Source: a virus (lineage: Duplodnaviria > Caudoviricetes). From it: a stretch of 62,480 nt of DNA. The DNA lies in IMG/VR virus record IMGVR_UViG_3300047276_000715, positions 1 to 62,480 of that record; one strand, written 5' to 3'. The translations under genes and the position numbers were made by a program. Below, one piece after another: positions 45,652 through 53,738 of the stretch. The notes beneath the pieces were generated by a model. That model was not told where the DNA came from, ran no database searches, and saw only the letters and a program-made list of their open reading frames with translations. Numbering within the stretch: the stretch's first letter is position 1; each line of letters begins with the position of its first letter.

Positions 45652-45830
45652 GGTGGAGATTTGCGAGAGGTTTTTTCTGCTGCCGCCAACAAAGCGCTTT
45701 TCTGTGTAAAGTAAACGCTGCGATAGCGACCGCATGGTGAAACTAAAATCCAGCAACTTTTATCAGAAGGGCGAAGGATTTTGTATCCACCAGGCGCGGA
45801 GTGAATCCGCTGGAATACAATAACTTGCAT
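45645..45830 (-). CDS. Hypothetical early protein
   Basis: TAATG-coupled to upstream gene. Confidence 0.55.
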   Translation of the reverse strand: MQVIVFQRIHSAPGGYKILRPSDKSCWILVSPCGRYRSVYFTQKSALLAAAEKTSRKSPPC

Positions 45831-46294
45831 TAGCGAATGAACTCACGAATTTGGCTTTTGAGATCAGAAACTTGCTTTTCTAGTTCATCAATTTGCTTGC
45901 GAACTGAAGTAACTTCTTCCTCCGTGTAGTCAGTGCGGAAAATGTTGCTATCGTATTTTTTTGTCAGAACTCCGGTATTTGCATCAAAGTCACAAATAAA
46001 GAAGTATTGCTTAACGTACTCAACAGAAGAGCCGTCAACCCTGTAAGTTGTATCAATCTCGCAGCTAACTGACGAGAAGTTAAACGTAAAAACTAGACGA
46101 AATTTATCTTTTGCGAGCTTATCCTGAAACTCCTGAATTTCTTTTTTCAGGGCTGTAGTAAACCCACTGTACGGGGTAAACTTGACAATTTTTTTGCCCA
46201 TGTATTTCTCAAGCATTTGGCTGAGATAGGGCTGGGCAAAAGCGCACATTGCATTAACTTTGTTGCGCGTTTCAACTTTAAGTGCGAGAGTCAT
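45830..46294 (-). CDS. Hypothetical early protein with C-terminal coiled coil
   Basis: First ORF after promoter at 46358; FRTDYTEEEV motif. Confidence 0.75.
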   Translation of the reverse strand: MTLALKVETRNKVNAMCAFAQPYLSQMLEKYMGKKIVKFTPYSGFTTALKKEIQEFQDKLAKDKFRLVFTFNFSSVSCEIDTTYRVDGSSVEYVKQYFFICDFDANTGVLTKKYDSNIFRTDYTEEEVTSVRKQIDELEKQVSDLKSQIREFIR

Positions 46295-46314
46295 GAATTT
46301 TCTGGAGAAAGAAA

Positions 46315-46394
46315 ATACAGGCGAAAGGAAAGAGTGCTCTCTCGCCTGTATGATGTTACTGTAGCACGCAATCGCTTGCGTGTCAAGCATTTAA
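46315..46394 (-). promoter_or_regulatory. Early promoter-stem-loop cassette 3
   Basis: TAAATGC-TTGACA-17 nt-TACAGT; ATACAGGCGA...TCGCCTGTAT hairpin. Confidence 0.88.
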
Positions 46395-46894
46395 CTGTTC
46401 AGTTTCTGAAAGTATCCATCCCACCAAGTTTTTGATTCCGCGATCTGCTCCAGCATTTTATTGCAGAAAGTTTTTGCTTTCTCTTCTTCGTAGGCGTACG
46501 GGTCGTGATCAAATTCATTGACGCCATAGTAACCAACTAAGGAAAGATAGGCGCCTGCGCGAAGAACTACATCATTGCTGACAAGTTCATTTACAAGATC
46601 ATCAAGTTCCTGGCCAACAAAACTTGCAACTCCTTCTAGTGAATCACTAAACCATTCTTCATGCAGAACATGAAAGCGATTTGTTCCCACGCCAATTGTT
46701 TCGCCATCTGAATTTGTAATTCGATGACATCTTTCAAGCGTAACTTCTCTACGCTGTTTGAAATCAGGGTCATACATAAGCATGATCGGATCATAAATTC
46801 CCCTGCGATCAATGCAAACAAATGCGCCGCCGTGCTCAAACGGATCTGCATCACCAAGATTTGCGATGCAGAAATAACTTGGTTGTTGTGTCAT
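46391..46894 (-). CDS. Conserved phage early hypothetical protein
   Basis: ANLGDADPFEHGG.FV..D..G.YDP...YYG..EFD..P. Confidence 0.75.
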   Translation of the reverse strand: MTQQPSYFCIANLGDADPFEHGGAFVCIDRRGIYDPIMLMYDPDFKQRREVTLERCHRITNSDGETIGVGTNRFHVLHEEWFSDSLEGVASFVGQELDDLVNELVSNDVVLRAGAYLSLVGYYGVNEFDHDPYAYEEEKAKTFCNKMLEQIAESKTWWDGYFQKLNS

Positions 46895-47100
46895 GAATCT
46901 TGAAAACGAGGGTGATCGGGATGAACGAGTGAAAGATAATCTGTAGACTGCGCAAGCTTTAATGCTTTATCTGTTGTTTGCCAAACCTCAACAAAGCGAT
47001 TATGCTCACATGTATCCTTAAGCGTATAAATACGCTCAGGGTCAAGCATCATTCTTTTTTTATTACAAAGGGCAATGTTGATCCAGTCAAGAGCTTTCAT
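46891..47100 (-). CDS. Hypothetical early protein
   Basis: Coupled start/stop overlaps on both sides. Confidence 0.6.
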   Translation of the reverse strand: MKALDWINIALCNKKRMMLDPERIYTLKDTCEHNRFVEVWQTTDKALKLAQSTDYLSLVHPDHPRFQDS

Positions 47101-47366
47101 CAGACTGTTTTCCTTGGGTAATTAAAGGATGTGCCGGTAGAAAGAAACGTGATCTCCAAATCTTCTTTTGGTAGGCAAAGAATGGATTGATCTAGAACGG
47201 TTTTGGCAAAATCTTCAGAAACAAGTTCCGAAAAAATTAGCTTGCCATCCTGTTCTCTTCTTTCTGCAAGAAACTGCTCATAGAGTTTGCGACTGAAAAC
47301 CACAATCGCTGTTTTGCTTTTGCTCCGATCAAAGATTTTGAATTCAGAAACTTGCTGAATTTTCAT
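47100..47366 (-). CDS. Hypothetical early protein
   Basis: 88 aa ORF, TGATG coupling. Confidence 0.6.
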   Translation of the reverse strand: MKIQQVSEFKIFDRSKSKTAIVVFSRKLYEQFLAERREQDGKLIFSELVSEDFAKTVLDQSILCLPKEDLEITFLSTGTSFNYPRKTV

Positions 47367-47369
47367 AAA

Positions 47370-47615
47370 TCAGTACCTTGGCGAAACAAAAACAACTGTG
47401 CATGAACCAACCGGACGCAGCTCGAACCCTTCTCCATAGGAAGAAGTTTTGCATCTTACGCCAGTCAACCCAAGTTTGTTTTTTGCCGCCATAACAATTT
47501 GGCGATCTGTAGAATTTGCCGAAAGCTTGAATTCAGCTTTTTTGCACCAGCAATAATTTGCTTGGCCACCGAATGTATCGGTGTATTCAGCTTCCCACTG
47601 AATTAAGTCTGACAT
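47370..47615 (-). CDS. Conserved phage early hypothetical protein
   Basis: EYTDTFGGQANYCW...AK..LGLTGVRC...ELRP.GSCTV.F; GGAG RBS. Confidence 0.8.
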   Translation of the reverse strand: MSDLIQWEAEYTDTFGGQANYCWCKKAEFKLSANSTDRQIVMAAKNKLGLTGVRCKTSSYGEGFELRPVGSCTVVFVSPRY

Positions 47616-47635
47616 GAAATCTCCAAAAAAATAAA

Positions 47636-47707
47636 GCGGCGAAGCAGTTTTTTCTCCGCCGTATGATCATAGTATAGCACAAATAGTGCTACCTGTCAAG
47701 TATTTAT
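47636..47707 (-). promoter_or_regulatory. Early promoter-stem-loop cassette 4
   Basis: ATAAATAC-TTGACA-17 nt-TATACT; CGGCGGAG...CTTCGCCG hairpin. Confidence 0.88.
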
Positions 47708-47717
47708 GAATCGAGTT

Positions 47718-47900
47718 TCAGAACGGATTCTCCCATGAAAATGCTTGCTTTTCTGTGATTTCACCATTTCTTGCGAGAGAATCAATGAAATTAACGAATG
47801 CCTGACGCTTTGCACATAGATCACTGTTTAAGTTGGGAAAACGCTTAAGCGTAAACTCCCACTCATCCTTAAACAACGCAATCGCCTGTTTTTTGGTCAT
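47718..47900 (-). CDS. Conserved phage early hypothetical protein
   Basis: MTKKQAI..F...D..AKRQAF.NF.DSL.RNGEITEKQ...W.NPF. Confidence 0.75.
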   Translation of the reverse strand: MTKKQAIALFKDEWEFTLKRFPNLNSDLCAKRQAFVNFIDSLARNGEITEKQAFSWENPF

Positions 47901-47907
47901 GTCAAAA

Positions 47908-48201
47908 TCAAAGTGAATTTTTGGTTTTTTCTGGATAGGTAACACCAGGCCATCCAGCAAGCAAGCTGTCTTGCTTTGTATGTTCTCGAACCGCTTGAAC
48001 GTAGTTCTTGAAAATAGCAGAAGGTGCTGACCCAAACAGATAGAAGTGAATGTTTTCAGCTTCTTTCAAAAGAGAAAAATCAATAAGCTCTGGAGATCGC
48101 TTTGTGTTTTCAAGAAGCTCGGCGTGAATTTCTTTTGCACGCGCAATGATGTACGTGATTGGAATTTTGCAGAGCATTTCAGAAAAGTTGCTTGTTTTCA
48201 T
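47908..48201 (-). CDS. Hypothetical early protein
   Basis: 97 aa ORF. Confidence 0.55.
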   Translation of the reverse strand: MKTSNFSEMLCKIPITYIIARAKEIHAELLENTKRSPELIDFSLLKEAENIHFYLFGSAPSAIFKNYVQAVREHTKQDSLLAGWPGVTYPEKTKNSL

Positions 48202-48401
48202 TTTTTGATGTAGTGAATGACTGTGTTGGATTGAGGAAAAATGCTGAAACCAATCAGCGAATCAGAGCTATCCGTGTAGGTATTGATTTTATTTTCTCGA
48301 TCCACTGTTGTATCTTTCCAGTCAAGCTTTTTAAGCATCTTGGAGAGAATGTGATCTGAGTCAACAATTTCAAAACCTGAAAATTTAAGTTTGGTGTTCA
48401 T
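48198..48401 (-). CDS. Hypothetical early protein
   Basis: First ORF after promoter at 48450. Confidence 0.6.
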   Translation of the reverse strand: MNTKLKFSGFEIVDSDHILSKMLKKLDWKDTTVDRENKINTYTDSSDSLIGFSIFPQSNTVIHYIKK

Positions 48402-48418
48402 GGTGGAAAAACAGAAAA

Positions 48419-48487
48419 AAGCAACAGATTTCCCCCGTTGCTTAAGACTATTATAGCACGCTATGCGCTACTTGTCAAGCATTTATC
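48419..48487 (-). promoter_or_regulatory. Early promoter-stem-loop cassette 5
   Basis: GATAAATGC-TTGACA-17 nt-TATAAT; AAGCAACGG...CTGTTGCTT hairpin. Confidence 0.9.
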
Positions 48488-48743
48488 TTGCGATGTTTTT
48501 GCTGAATATTTTGGCCTTACAAACGCTACAGCGAAGATGTCTATTGTTTTTGTTCACGCAATCAGTTTTGATGATCCATGAATCAATTGTGGCAAACCTA
48601 CTGCGAAAAGAATGACAGCATTCAGCGCAAGCAATAAAATTGCCACTTGTCAAAACGTACCTAGTTTTTGCATGTTTTGCGTTAGCAAGAAAATTAGCCG
48701 CAAGAATATCAGCGATTCTAAGTGAAAAACTTTTGGAACTCAT
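48483..48743 (-). CDS. Putative zinc-binding protein
   Basis: CAEC...CSVC; stop codon is the TAA of the cassette. Confidence 0.6.
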   Translation of the reverse strand: MSSKSFSLRIADILAANFLANAKHAKTRYVLTSGNFIACAECCHSFRSRFATIDSWIIKTDCVNKNNRHLRCSVCKAKIFSKNIAR

Positions 48744-48836
48744 TAAATAACCAGATAACTTGTAAATAGATAGCCCCTTCAGGATCGCCTGGAAGGGGCA
48801 TGAACCTGCCGCCGGGCAAAGACATTCAAGCCCAGG

Positions 48837-48856
48837 AAAAAACCTCTTGGCGAGGC
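48837..48856 (-). terminator. Putative terminator within GC-rich island
   Basis: CCTC-GCCAA-GAGG-TTTTTT. Confidence 0.5.
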
Positions 48857-48902
48857 TGGTGAGCGTGGCTGAGGGCTCGAATGAATCTGGCCTGACGATG
48901 AA

Positions 48903-49103
48903 TCAAGCCGGGGTCTCAGGCTTGCCGAGTGTTGCCTTGATTCTTTTGTGCAGATCCTTGTAAATAGCTTTTGCCTCAACCCAAGCGCGTTGATTTTCTT
49001 CTGCTGTTCCTTTTTTTAACAGAGGAACAAAGTATTCCCCGTGATTGTGCATGAACGAAATTGCAGTAAGCAATGCAATTTTTTCTTTTCTAGTTAGAGC
49101 CAT
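48903..49103 (-). CDS. Hypothetical early protein
   Basis: 66 aa ORF. Confidence 0.6.
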   Translation of the reverse strand: MALTRKEKIALLTAISFMHNHGEYFVPLLKKGTAEENQRAWVEAKAIYKDLHKRIKATLGKPETPA

Positions 49104-49407
49104 TTTCCCTGCTATTCAAGGCTGCATTAATTTCTGCAAGCTGGGACTTTTTCATGTCTGCAAAAACATTGCAAAAATCATTGATTTGCCCAACACTGAT
49201 CTGACTCATGAATTTCATGTCTAGGTGCGCAAATGGAATGATCGTTGGATCTTCTGTCGCAAAGCTTGCAAGAAGCGCAACAGCGCACAGGAGAAACTCG
49301 GCTTCAAAAACAAAAATGTCAAAAACAATTTCGTCTTTAGCCGGTTCGTTCATCATACGAGAATCAATGTATGCTGATCTGAGTTTTCTGTAAAGCCCTG
49401 GATTCAT
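49090..49407 (-). CDS. Hypothetical early protein
   Basis: 105 aa ORF. Confidence 0.6.
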   Translation of the reverse strand: MNPGLYRKLRSAYIDSRMMNEPAKDEIVFDIFVFEAEFLLCAVALLASFATEDPTIIPFAHLDMKFMSQISVGQINDFCNVFADMKKSQLAEINAALNSRENGSN

Positions 49408-49412
49408 TTGAT

Positions 49413-49775
49413 TTAGGCTGCGTTTTCGTGTGGAGTGCTCGGATCAAGCGTCCATCCGGCTTGAATTGCCGTAAGAACAACATCCTCCTTTGAGCAGTTT
49501 GGCGCAAGCAGAATTTTCTGATCTTTTAACCAGCAAAGAATCTGATTGTAAATGCTGTCACTTAGCCGAGCGCAAACCCATTCAGCCTCTACAAGCGTCC
49601 AGATTTTTCGCTGATGAAGCCAGAGAATCCTTTTTTGCTCTTTAAGTAATTCGATAGAGGAAAACTTGTCAATGCTTTGAAAAAATTGCAAATGACCAAT
49701 TGCCCCTATCGTGTCCTTGAGAGCATTCGCAAGTTCAAGTGCGGCGATCTGAAAGTTGTAACTCGTCTTATACAT
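49413..49775 (-). CDS. Hypothetical early protein
   Basis: 120 aa ORF. Confidence 0.6.
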   Translation of the reverse strand: MYKTSYNFQIAALELANALKDTIGAIGHLQFFQSIDKFSSIELLKEQKRILWLHQRKIWTLVEAEWVCARLSDSIYNQILCWLKDQKILLAPNCSKEDVVLTAIQAGWTLDPSTPHENAA

Positions 49776-49937
49776 AAATCAGTCAAAGATCAAATCGTTT
49801 TCCTGGCTCAACGCAATGCGTCGATCATGTGCATGAATCACCTTCTCGCCATCTTCAGTTTCGTAAATTTCATCAAAAAACTCCTGCGGGTCGATCGGAT
49901 GCAAATTACTGGGATCTGAACCAAGATTCATCGCAAA

Positions 49938-50141
49938 TCACTGCGGAGTAGCAAATTGACCGCACGGACCATACTTTTCAATGATTTCCGGGAATGCCTT
50001 GAAAATACGATCACGATTTTCGCGATCCGCAAACATAATTGCGGCTGCAAGGTGACGGCAGAAATTTCCACCGTAGCGTTCCATGTTTGCAATCAGAATG
50101 TGAAATTCTTTCTGTGAACAGTCTTGAAGCTTGGTCGTCAT
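49938..50141 (-). CDS. Conserved phage early hypothetical protein
   Basis: MERYGGNF...LA.A...AD.EN..RI..AFPE..EKY. Confidence 0.75.
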   Translation of the reverse strand: MTTKLQDCSQKEFHILIANMERYGGNFCRHLAAAIMFADRENRDRIFKAFPEIIEKYGPCGQFATPQ

Positions 50142-50168
50142 GGTAACTGTTGTTGTTTGAACATTGTT

Positions 50169-50205
50169 AGCTTACACCATCAACGCAATGGCGTCAAGCA
50201 TTTAT
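50169..50205 (-). promoter_or_regulatory. Early promoter cassette 6
   Basis: ATAAATGC-TTGACG-17 nt-TAAGCT. Confidence 0.8.
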
Positions 50206-50211
50206 GTGGCG

Positions 50212-50622
50212 TCAGAAAAAGTAAATCTTCTTGTCGTCGCCAACATAGGCCTCGATCTCAGGAAGCTTTTGAGCTGCTTTCGTGAGAATCTCAGAAACCT
50301 GCGAAGACCAGTCTCCATCCCAAAAACCACAGCCATGGTGGTTTCTTGTCATGATGTAATCATGCTCTGTTTGATTTTCTGCTGGTTGGTGAATGTCATA
50401 GAAATCATCAATGCAGTCCCATTTGTCGCCAATTTTCTTGGTAATTTCTTGACCAACCTCCTCAAGAAATTGCGAATACTCTTTATTTAGTTTTTCGAGC
50501 GATTCCTTGTCTACATCGTAAATAGTGAAATGCGCGTCAAGGCAGCAATCTTGATCGTCTGTGCCTGTAGAAAGCAAGGCGCCAGCAAGAGCCGCAAGCG
50601 TAGGATTCATTGTGTTTTTCAT
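50212..50622 (-). CDS. Conserved phage early hypothetical protein
   Basis: HDYIMTRNHHGCGFWDGDW...YVGDD.KIY. Confidence 0.8.
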   Translation of the reverse strand: MKNTMNPTLAALAGALLSTGTDDQDCCLDAHFTIYDVDKESLEKLNKEYSQFLEEVGQEITKKIGDKWDCIDDFYDIHQPAENQTEHDYIMTRNHHGCGFWDGDWSSQVSEILTKAAQKLPEIEAYVGDDKKIYFF

Positions 50623-50957
50623 GCTGTGTAAAAATTGCCAAGTTTGAACTCGGCCATTGCAGAATTAACAAACTCAGCTGCAACGTAAGCAACTACTTCC
50701 CTCCTGCGGCTGTAAAAGAAATTCCTGTCCTTGGCGTAATTATGGCAAAAGTAAAGGTGCTGATCCTGCACAAAGCTAAATGCCCTGAAGATTCCAGCCG
50801 CAAAAAACTCTCTGTCATTGTGAACAGAGGTGTAAATAGAGGAAAGATCGCGCATCAACAAGTTGTACGCATTTCCATCATTGTTTTCCAGGAAAATAAT
50901 GAAATGCCTGATGTCGTGCGATTCTGTTGCAGAAATGGCCGCTTCAGCAAGATTCAT
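50619..50957 (-). CDS. Hypothetical early protein
   Basis: First ORF after promoter at 51009. Confidence 0.65.
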   Translation of the reverse strand: MNLAEAAISATESHDIRHFIIFLENNDGNAYNLLMRDLSSIYTSVHNDREFFAAGIFRAFSFVQDQHLYFCHNYAKDRNFFYSRRREVVAYVAAEFVNSAMAEFKLGNFYTA

Positions 50958-50980
50958 GTTTGATGTTTGTTTGTGAAAAT

Positions 50981-51045
50981 GTATCGCCCATCTCTGAGCG
51001 ATACGTTCATTATAGCACGTTACTTGCTACCTGTCAAGCATTTAC
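50981..51045 (-). promoter_or_regulatory. Early promoter-stem-loop cassette 7
   Basis: TAAATGC-TTGACA-17 nt-TATAAT; GTATCGCTCA-gaga-TGGGCGATAC hairpin. Confidence 0.9.
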
Positions 51046-51066
51046 AAGTTCAAGTAACGCACTTAT

Positions 51067-51366
51067 TCAGCTCTCTTTTTCAATCATTTGCCTGAGAGTA
51101 ATTGGTTGCATGTCATCATCAGATCCCTCTGCTTCGAGGATTTTGTCTCGAAGCTCATTTAGTATTTTTGCGTGCTGTAAGAGAGAGTTGAGATTTGACA
51201 GAACCTCACCTCGCGAAGCATCAAGTGTCCACGGGGCAAAAAAGCGGCGAAACAGAAGTTTTCTTTTTTGACGATCAAGCTCAGAGAGAATGTATTTCAT
51301 CTGAATCGTCAATCCAATGTTGACAAGATTCAGTTCGTAGACGTAAAACTCAGATTTCAGTTTCAT
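51067..51366 (-). CDS. Hypothetical early protein
   Basis: 99 aa ORF, GAGG RBS. Confidence 0.6.
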   Translation of the reverse strand: MKLKSEFYVYELNLVNIGLTIQMKYILSELDRQKRKLLFRRFFAPWTLDASRGEVLSNLNSLLQHAKILNELRDKILEAEGSDDDMQPITLRQMIEKES

Positions 51367-51369
51367 GGT

Positions 51370-51831
51370 TCAATCCTCAAGAAAGCGGTTTACTTTGCCG
51401 TTGAAAACAAGATCCATAACGTCACGGTAGCTAGCGGGAGCAACAATGCCGTTGTACTCAGAAGAAGTTTTAGTAATAAAATAAAACTTCGTAGACGAAA
51501 GAGCAATCTTACTTTGCATCGCCGCAAGTCGATTGTCTTTAACGTAGCGGAGCATGAAAATTTCAATGGCAGAAAAATCATACTCGGATTCTTCTTGTTT
51601 GCGCTTTTCGTAAAGTTTGCAGTAAAGAGGAAGAAAGTGGCTACCAAACTCAGAAATAATCCAAAGGCGCGTGTCGCCAGGGCGCATTGAATTTAGGATT
51701 TTTCTATCATGAACGGCAACGTCCGTCCAATTGTGTTTTACGATTTCCTCGCTCTCAAAACACATCCATTCGTGAAGTGTTTGATTTCGTGGAATTCGCT
51801 TAACTGTTTCTTGTCTTGAGAGGATTTGCAT
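51370..51831 (-). CDS. Hypothetical early protein
   Basis: 153 aa; HNWTDVAVHDR...LWI.SEFGSH; GAGG RBS after promoter. Confidence 0.75.
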   Translation of the reverse strand: MQILSRQETVKRIPRNQTLHEWMCFESEEIVKHNWTDVAVHDRKILNSMRPGDTRLWIISEFGSHFLPLYCKLYEKRKQEESEYDFSAIEIFMLRYVKDNRLAAMQSKIALSSTKFYFITKTSSEYNGIVAPASYRDVMDLVFNGKVNRFLED

Positions 51832-51852
51832 GTTTTTCCTCAGTGCCCTTAT

Positions 51853-51890
51853 AGTATAGCATCAAAGCCCTAGGCAGTCAAGCATTTATC
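51853..51890 (-). promoter_or_regulatory. Early promoter cassette 8
   Basis: GATAAATGC-TTGACT-17 nt-TATACT. Confidence 0.85.
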
Positions 51891-51899
51891 TTTTGAATT

Positions 51900-52445
51900 C
51901 TAGAAAATATCTACCTGTAAATCTGGATAGCGAACACGGTTTGAAATCTTTGAAAGTATTTTTTTCATCTCTGGCGCTGGCAAAAATGGTTCCTTTCTAA
52001 CAAAACCACTGCCCGAATAAGGTGAAACCCACCTTGCAACATTATTTGCTACATAAATAAGTGGATAGCTGCTTAGGTTTCCAATCCACACGCAACCTTC
52101 GTCAACTGGCTGGTGAGAGTTGAATCTTGTTCGCACAAATGGAAAAAAGGCGCCCAAAGGAGCAGCAATTTTTGAGTAGTCTTCGTAAAGGCCGCCCCAG
52201 CCAAGTTGCTGAAGCTCAAAGTATTTAGCAGTAAAGAAATCTGTTGTTGAAAATTCCTTGACTGCGTTTTCTTCAATTTGAGCGCATGATTCGTAAATAT
52301 TTTTGAATCTTGTTGAATACGACTTATCATTTGACAGGGCTTCCCTGCAAAGCATAATTCTTTTCTTTGTTTGGTTTTCAGTGAAAAGTATTTCACCACT
52401 CTCTGAATACCTGTAATACAATTTCGTTTTCTGTTTTTGCGTCAT
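51900..52445 (-). CDS. Hypothetical protein
   Basis: 181 aa ORF. Confidence 0.7.
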   Translation of the reverse strand: MTQKQKTKLYYRYSESGEILFTENQTKKRIMLCREALSNDKSYSTRFKNIYESCAQIEENAVKEFSTTDFFTAKYFELQQLGWGGLYEDYSKIAAPLGAFFPFVRTRFNSHQPVDEGCVWIGNLSSYPLIYVANNVARWVSPYSGSGFVRKEPFLPAPEMKKILSKISNRVRYPDLQVDIF

Positions 52446-52893
52446 ACCTATGTATCTCAGAAAGAATCGGCCTCTTAGTGACTATAAGCCCCTTTAGGTA
52501 AAGATGAAGCTTCCAGCAGTATTCCTCAACTGGCAATCGCCAAAGCCATTTAAGAATTTCAATTGAACGACGCTTGCACCAGTACCAGTAGTTTTTAAAT
52601 TTAATAGCATCAGAGGCTCTTCCCATTTCCGCTACATAAAAAGTCTCCCTGCAAAGAAACTCACCTGAATTTGGTACGCCAATTCTTTTTATACAATAAT
52701 TGTTCCACCAGTTTTGCCTAAGTTTTGTGGTTGCCTTTAAAACTTGAAAGTAAAAGTTTCTGCGCATGACATAAAGTGCTCTCTGTTTCCAGGCCACCGA
52801 CGAATGTTTTCTGGCCCTGACGGCATGACTCTCGGCGCCAGGTGAAACAATGACGATCCGGTGCTTGAACGCTTTTTTTGTAGCCCTTGGCAC
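52393..52893 (-). CDS. Hypothetical Trp-rich protein (start uncertain)
   Basis: 166 aa ORF filling the gap before the strand switch. Confidence 0.45.
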   Translation of the reverse strand: MPRATKKAFKHRIVIVSPGAESHAVRARKHSSVAWKQRALYVMRRNFYFQVLKATTKLRQNWWNNYCIKRIGVPNSGEFLCRETFYVAEMGRASDAIKFKNYWYWCKRRSIEILKWLWRLPVEEYCWKLHLYLKGLIVTKRPILSEIHRYDAKTENEIVLQVFREW

Positions 52894-52955
52894 AGGTAGT
52901 TGCGTCTAAGACACGATGCAGTGTAAACTATCGGCAATGCCATAGGCAAAATGCT

Positions 52956-53159
52956 GTGTTCACCTTTTTCTACTGCGTCATCGCCAATTCTCCCGAAGGA
53001 GACAGGGAAACGATTTTTTCTGGGTCCATGAAGCGCCAAAGTGCTCTGGAGGTCATCGAGGCGATTAACGAAGCTCATTCGGGCATCGCTGAAATTCACA
53101 TCATAAAAAACACCAACTGCAAGGTTCATGAAAATTCCAGCATCAAAGCAAGAGTCTGA
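52956..53159 (+). CDS. Hypothetical protein (start uncertain)
   Basis: GTG start downstream of TTGCGT-18 nt-TAAACT. Confidence 0.45.
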   Translation: MFTFFYCVIANSPEGDRETIFSGSMKRQSALEVIEAINEAHSGIAEIHIIKNTNCKVHENSSIKARV

Positions 53160-53400
53160 AAATGCTATTGAGGTTGCAACAAAAGCAAAAGAAGCTCTTG
53201 CGCTAGCGGCAGACTCGCTCAAAGACTTGATTGCTCACCTTGATGAAAACTTTCTTGCTGTAAACGAAATAAAAAGTGGTTTTTTGTCAAGGGAGGTAAC
53301 AAAGATTAACTCCTCAATGTGGAACTTAAATATGGTGCTGCATAAAATGCGAGATAGTGAAGAGCGGATCATCTATCTAGAAAGAGACGCAGAAGGCTGA
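53128..53400 (+). CDS. Hypothetical helical protein
   Basis: 90 aa ORF. Confidence 0.65.
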   Translation: MKIPASKQESENAIEVATKAKEALALAADSLKDLIAHLDENFLAVNEIKSGFLSREVTKINSSMWNLNMVLHKMRDSEERIIYLERDAEG

Positions 53401-53438
53401 AGATTTTCGGCAAATTGACAGCATTGCGACAATCTTGC

Positions 53439-53467
53439 TTGACGCCTGGGCTCTTCTAACTTACAAT
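53439..53467 (+). promoter_or_regulatory. Sigma70-type promoter of the replication arm
   Basis: TGC-TTGACG-17 nt-TACAAT. Confidence 0.75.
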
Positions 53468-53492
53468 TAGGGGGTCCATCGCTTTTTGAGCA

Positions 53493-53738
53493 ATGCCATC
53501 ATCCCGTCACGGTCAATTCTCACCCGGCGAAATTGTTTATGCCAGGTGGCACGGAGAAGATGAATTTCAAATTGTAGAGGAAATTTTTGGGGCAACATTT
53601 CCTCATTACAAGTGCAAAATCTTTATCCTCGCTAAATATGAATATTGGATTTTCCCGCAAATCCATCTCTCAAAGAAAGAACTTGGATCTCTCACGCGAG
53701 AAGCAAATCGCAAACAACTGACGCTTATTGAATCATGA
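53493..53738 (+). CDS. Hypothetical protein (SH3-like pattern)
   Basis: F.PGEIVY...FPHY.C...YWIFPQIHLS. Confidence 0.7.
   Translation: MPSSRHGQFSPGEIVYARWHGEDEFQIVEEIFGATFPHYKCKIFILAKYEYWIFPQIHLSKKELGSLTREANRKQLTLIES

Noticed and set aside
40093-52445. Stop-codon reassignment or pseudogene decay explaining the many short ORFs
   Set aside because: The ORFs are individually coupled by ATGA/TAATG overlaps or have RBSs, and core genes are intact under the standard code.
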